Shown here: one piece after another, positions 62,178-64,000 of the stretch
Layout of the letters: each line of letters starts with the position of its first letter
How positions within the stretch are numbered: the first letter of the stretch is position 1
Assembly: GCF_002105155.1 (NCBI RefSeq)
Contig: NW_019028991.1
Coordinates: forward strand, 1-64,000
From: Lobosporangium transversale
Lineage: Eukaryota
Direction: 5' to 3'
DNA length: 64,000 nucleotides
Translations under genes and position numbers: made by a program
The notes under the pieces: generated by a model
What the model was told of the DNA's origin: nothing
The model's database searches: none
What the model saw: the letters and a program-made list of their open reading frames with translations, nothing else

Positions 62178-64000
62178 TTAACTAGACACAACAGGGTCAT
62201 TGATATGCTGTTTTGTCCAATGATAGTAATATAACAAGGCACAGGCAGGTTGACCTAGGATCGTGAAGGAAACCCAAAAGATCATGTTACCTAACCCCGT
62301 TCCTGTTCCACGCCACTTCTCCAATGGGTTGGTCAAGATGATCAGCGGTATCTGAAAGAACATGCCTGCAAAGGCATATCCATAGATCAAATGAGTAGGA
62401 AGACCGATCACAATTTCATGCATAAGGGCCGAAATCGTAAAGATGATCAAAGACGCTACCAAAGGAGAAGTGCCCGAGGTCACCAATGGCAAATACACAT
62501 GACGCTTGAAAAACGTGTAGATGGGCTTGTTCCACAATCGCCAGTACGACGCTAGCGATCCTGCATTCCACCATGCCAGATAGAAGCATCGATCACCAAA
62601 ATAGAGCATCTAATTAACAAGTATGTACAGCGAAATAGAGTTCAATAAATTCTTAGAGCAGATTCTCTTTGCAAGAAAAAGAAGTTTGCCTTGTAAACAT
62701 GCCCCAGTGCTGCATTATCGCACCATCTCCGAACTTTTTTTTTTTTTTTTTTCCTTCATTCAAAGCATTTTTCTTTTTACTTACTTCTGCCAAGGCATTA
62801 AAAGTTGCATGGAAAAAAGTGTAGAACATGAGGAGCCAAATAAGCACACTGGTTGTGCTCAACTTCAAGATCCGCTCCAACATAGTCCCGAAAGCCAATT
62901 GATCCACTGCTCGGATAGAATTCTGAAGTGTTGGGGTTGCATATTGTTCAATTAAGAAGTACATCATGCCAAAGCAGGTAAATGTCTCAGCTACTCGTTT
63001 CAGGAAGAACGACTTGCGGAAGGTGGTTGTACGTGGATATGAGGGCTGATAACAAAGCGTGGGCGCCAACCAAAAGTAACCGACATTCAAAAACGTCACA
63101 TTGTCAGGGTATTGAACATCATACTGATAGATCTTTCCTGGGGTCGCATCACTCTCCTTCCTTGCATCCTTTTTCTCTCTTCCTTTCTCCTTCTCTAAGG
63201 AACTGCTACTATCTGAGTACACTGCTGCTGTAGCCTCATGGACGTTGTTCAAGTGTTTGAACTTGTCAGTGGACTCGTCAAAAATGTACATTGCACGAAG
63301 GTCCTGATGGACAAGCGCATATGAGGTCATCTTGAAGGATTGAATAGTACCGTTGATTAAACAGGTCATGGACATGAATGGATGAAAGATCAGATAGTAG
63401 GACATATATGAAGGCCATAGCAGGATCAAGGCCACGTTGAAGACATGCAACCATCCTACTATTCTCTGAAATAACTTGGCTGCGGCCACGACGCGTTGAT
63501 ACTCCTTGAGGGCCTGTTTGGGGTCCTTGTGATCCCCGTCACCGTTAGTGTTTATGTCATTTGTAACAGCAGCCGTCGAGGAAGGAGAGGATACGGATAA
63601 GTCTACAAGGCGTTTACGATAGCCCAAAGCCCTTTTCTTGGCCCAATATTCCAATTGGAAAGCAGCAAAAACGTGTAAAGGCAGTAATAAATGAGAGATA
63701 GCGGTCAAGATCCAGTCTTCTTTGGATACCTTGGATCCTGGCAGAGAGATGAGAATGCCGTATTTTTGATAATTTTCGATAATCAGACGAACGTTGTTGC
63801 CAAACAGTAAAAGCACTACTCCCCAGGAAAAGAGAGGGAAAAAAAAAGAGCATGACATGAAAAAGTGTTTGGGATGAGTAAGGATTTATCAACATTAAAG
63901 TGTAATTGCATTTGTGTATAGTGCATGTGTGCCACAATCTTTAGGCGATGCTCGTAACGAAATTGTAACACCAACATCTTGCCTTTTTTTTTTTTTTTTT
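62178..64000 (-). CDS. DGAT1: MBOAT acyltransferase, diacylglycerol O-acyltransferase 1 type (5' end outside window)
   Basis: NVRLIIENYQKYG, YPDNVT, FWLAPTLCYQPSYPRT, ERILKLS, FGDRCFYLAWWNA, YWRLWNKP, SALMHE (catalytic His), GNMIFW. Confidence 0.88.

Overview
This is eukaryotic, intron-containing, homopolymer-rich fungal DNA. Gene content suggests an early-diverging fungus, probably Mortierellomycotina/Mucoromycota (inference, not database-verified). The window has two parts. (1) Positions ~3.3-15.9 kb are a transposon nest around a tRNA-Gly(GCC) gene. The nest holds a decayed gene that appears to fuse an XPG/FEN1-type PIN nuclease to a Fanzor/TnpB-like RuvC region, three 5'-truncated poly(A) retro-insertions, and a tRNA-headed SINE that shares its 3' tail with the adjacent LINE. 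It also holds a TIR element into which a young, intact Ty3/Gypsy chromovirus has inserted. That chromovirus has identical 169-bp LTRs, a 5-bp TSD, no tRNA primer-binding site, and an extra 228-codon antisense ORF. (2) The rest is gene space: a mitochondrial HMG-box gene, CWH43, a prenylated (KAAEEEAAR)n helical protein, a very large uncharacterised multi-exon gene, a UPF0658-like membrane protein, four YqjM-type old-yellow-enzyme paralogues with a gene-conversion tract, IMP2, ATG12, an RPT3 pseudogene, an APC7-like TPR gene, an EFG1-like gene and a DGAT1-type acyltransferase. Exon boundaries were read by eye and family assignments rest on recognised motifs.
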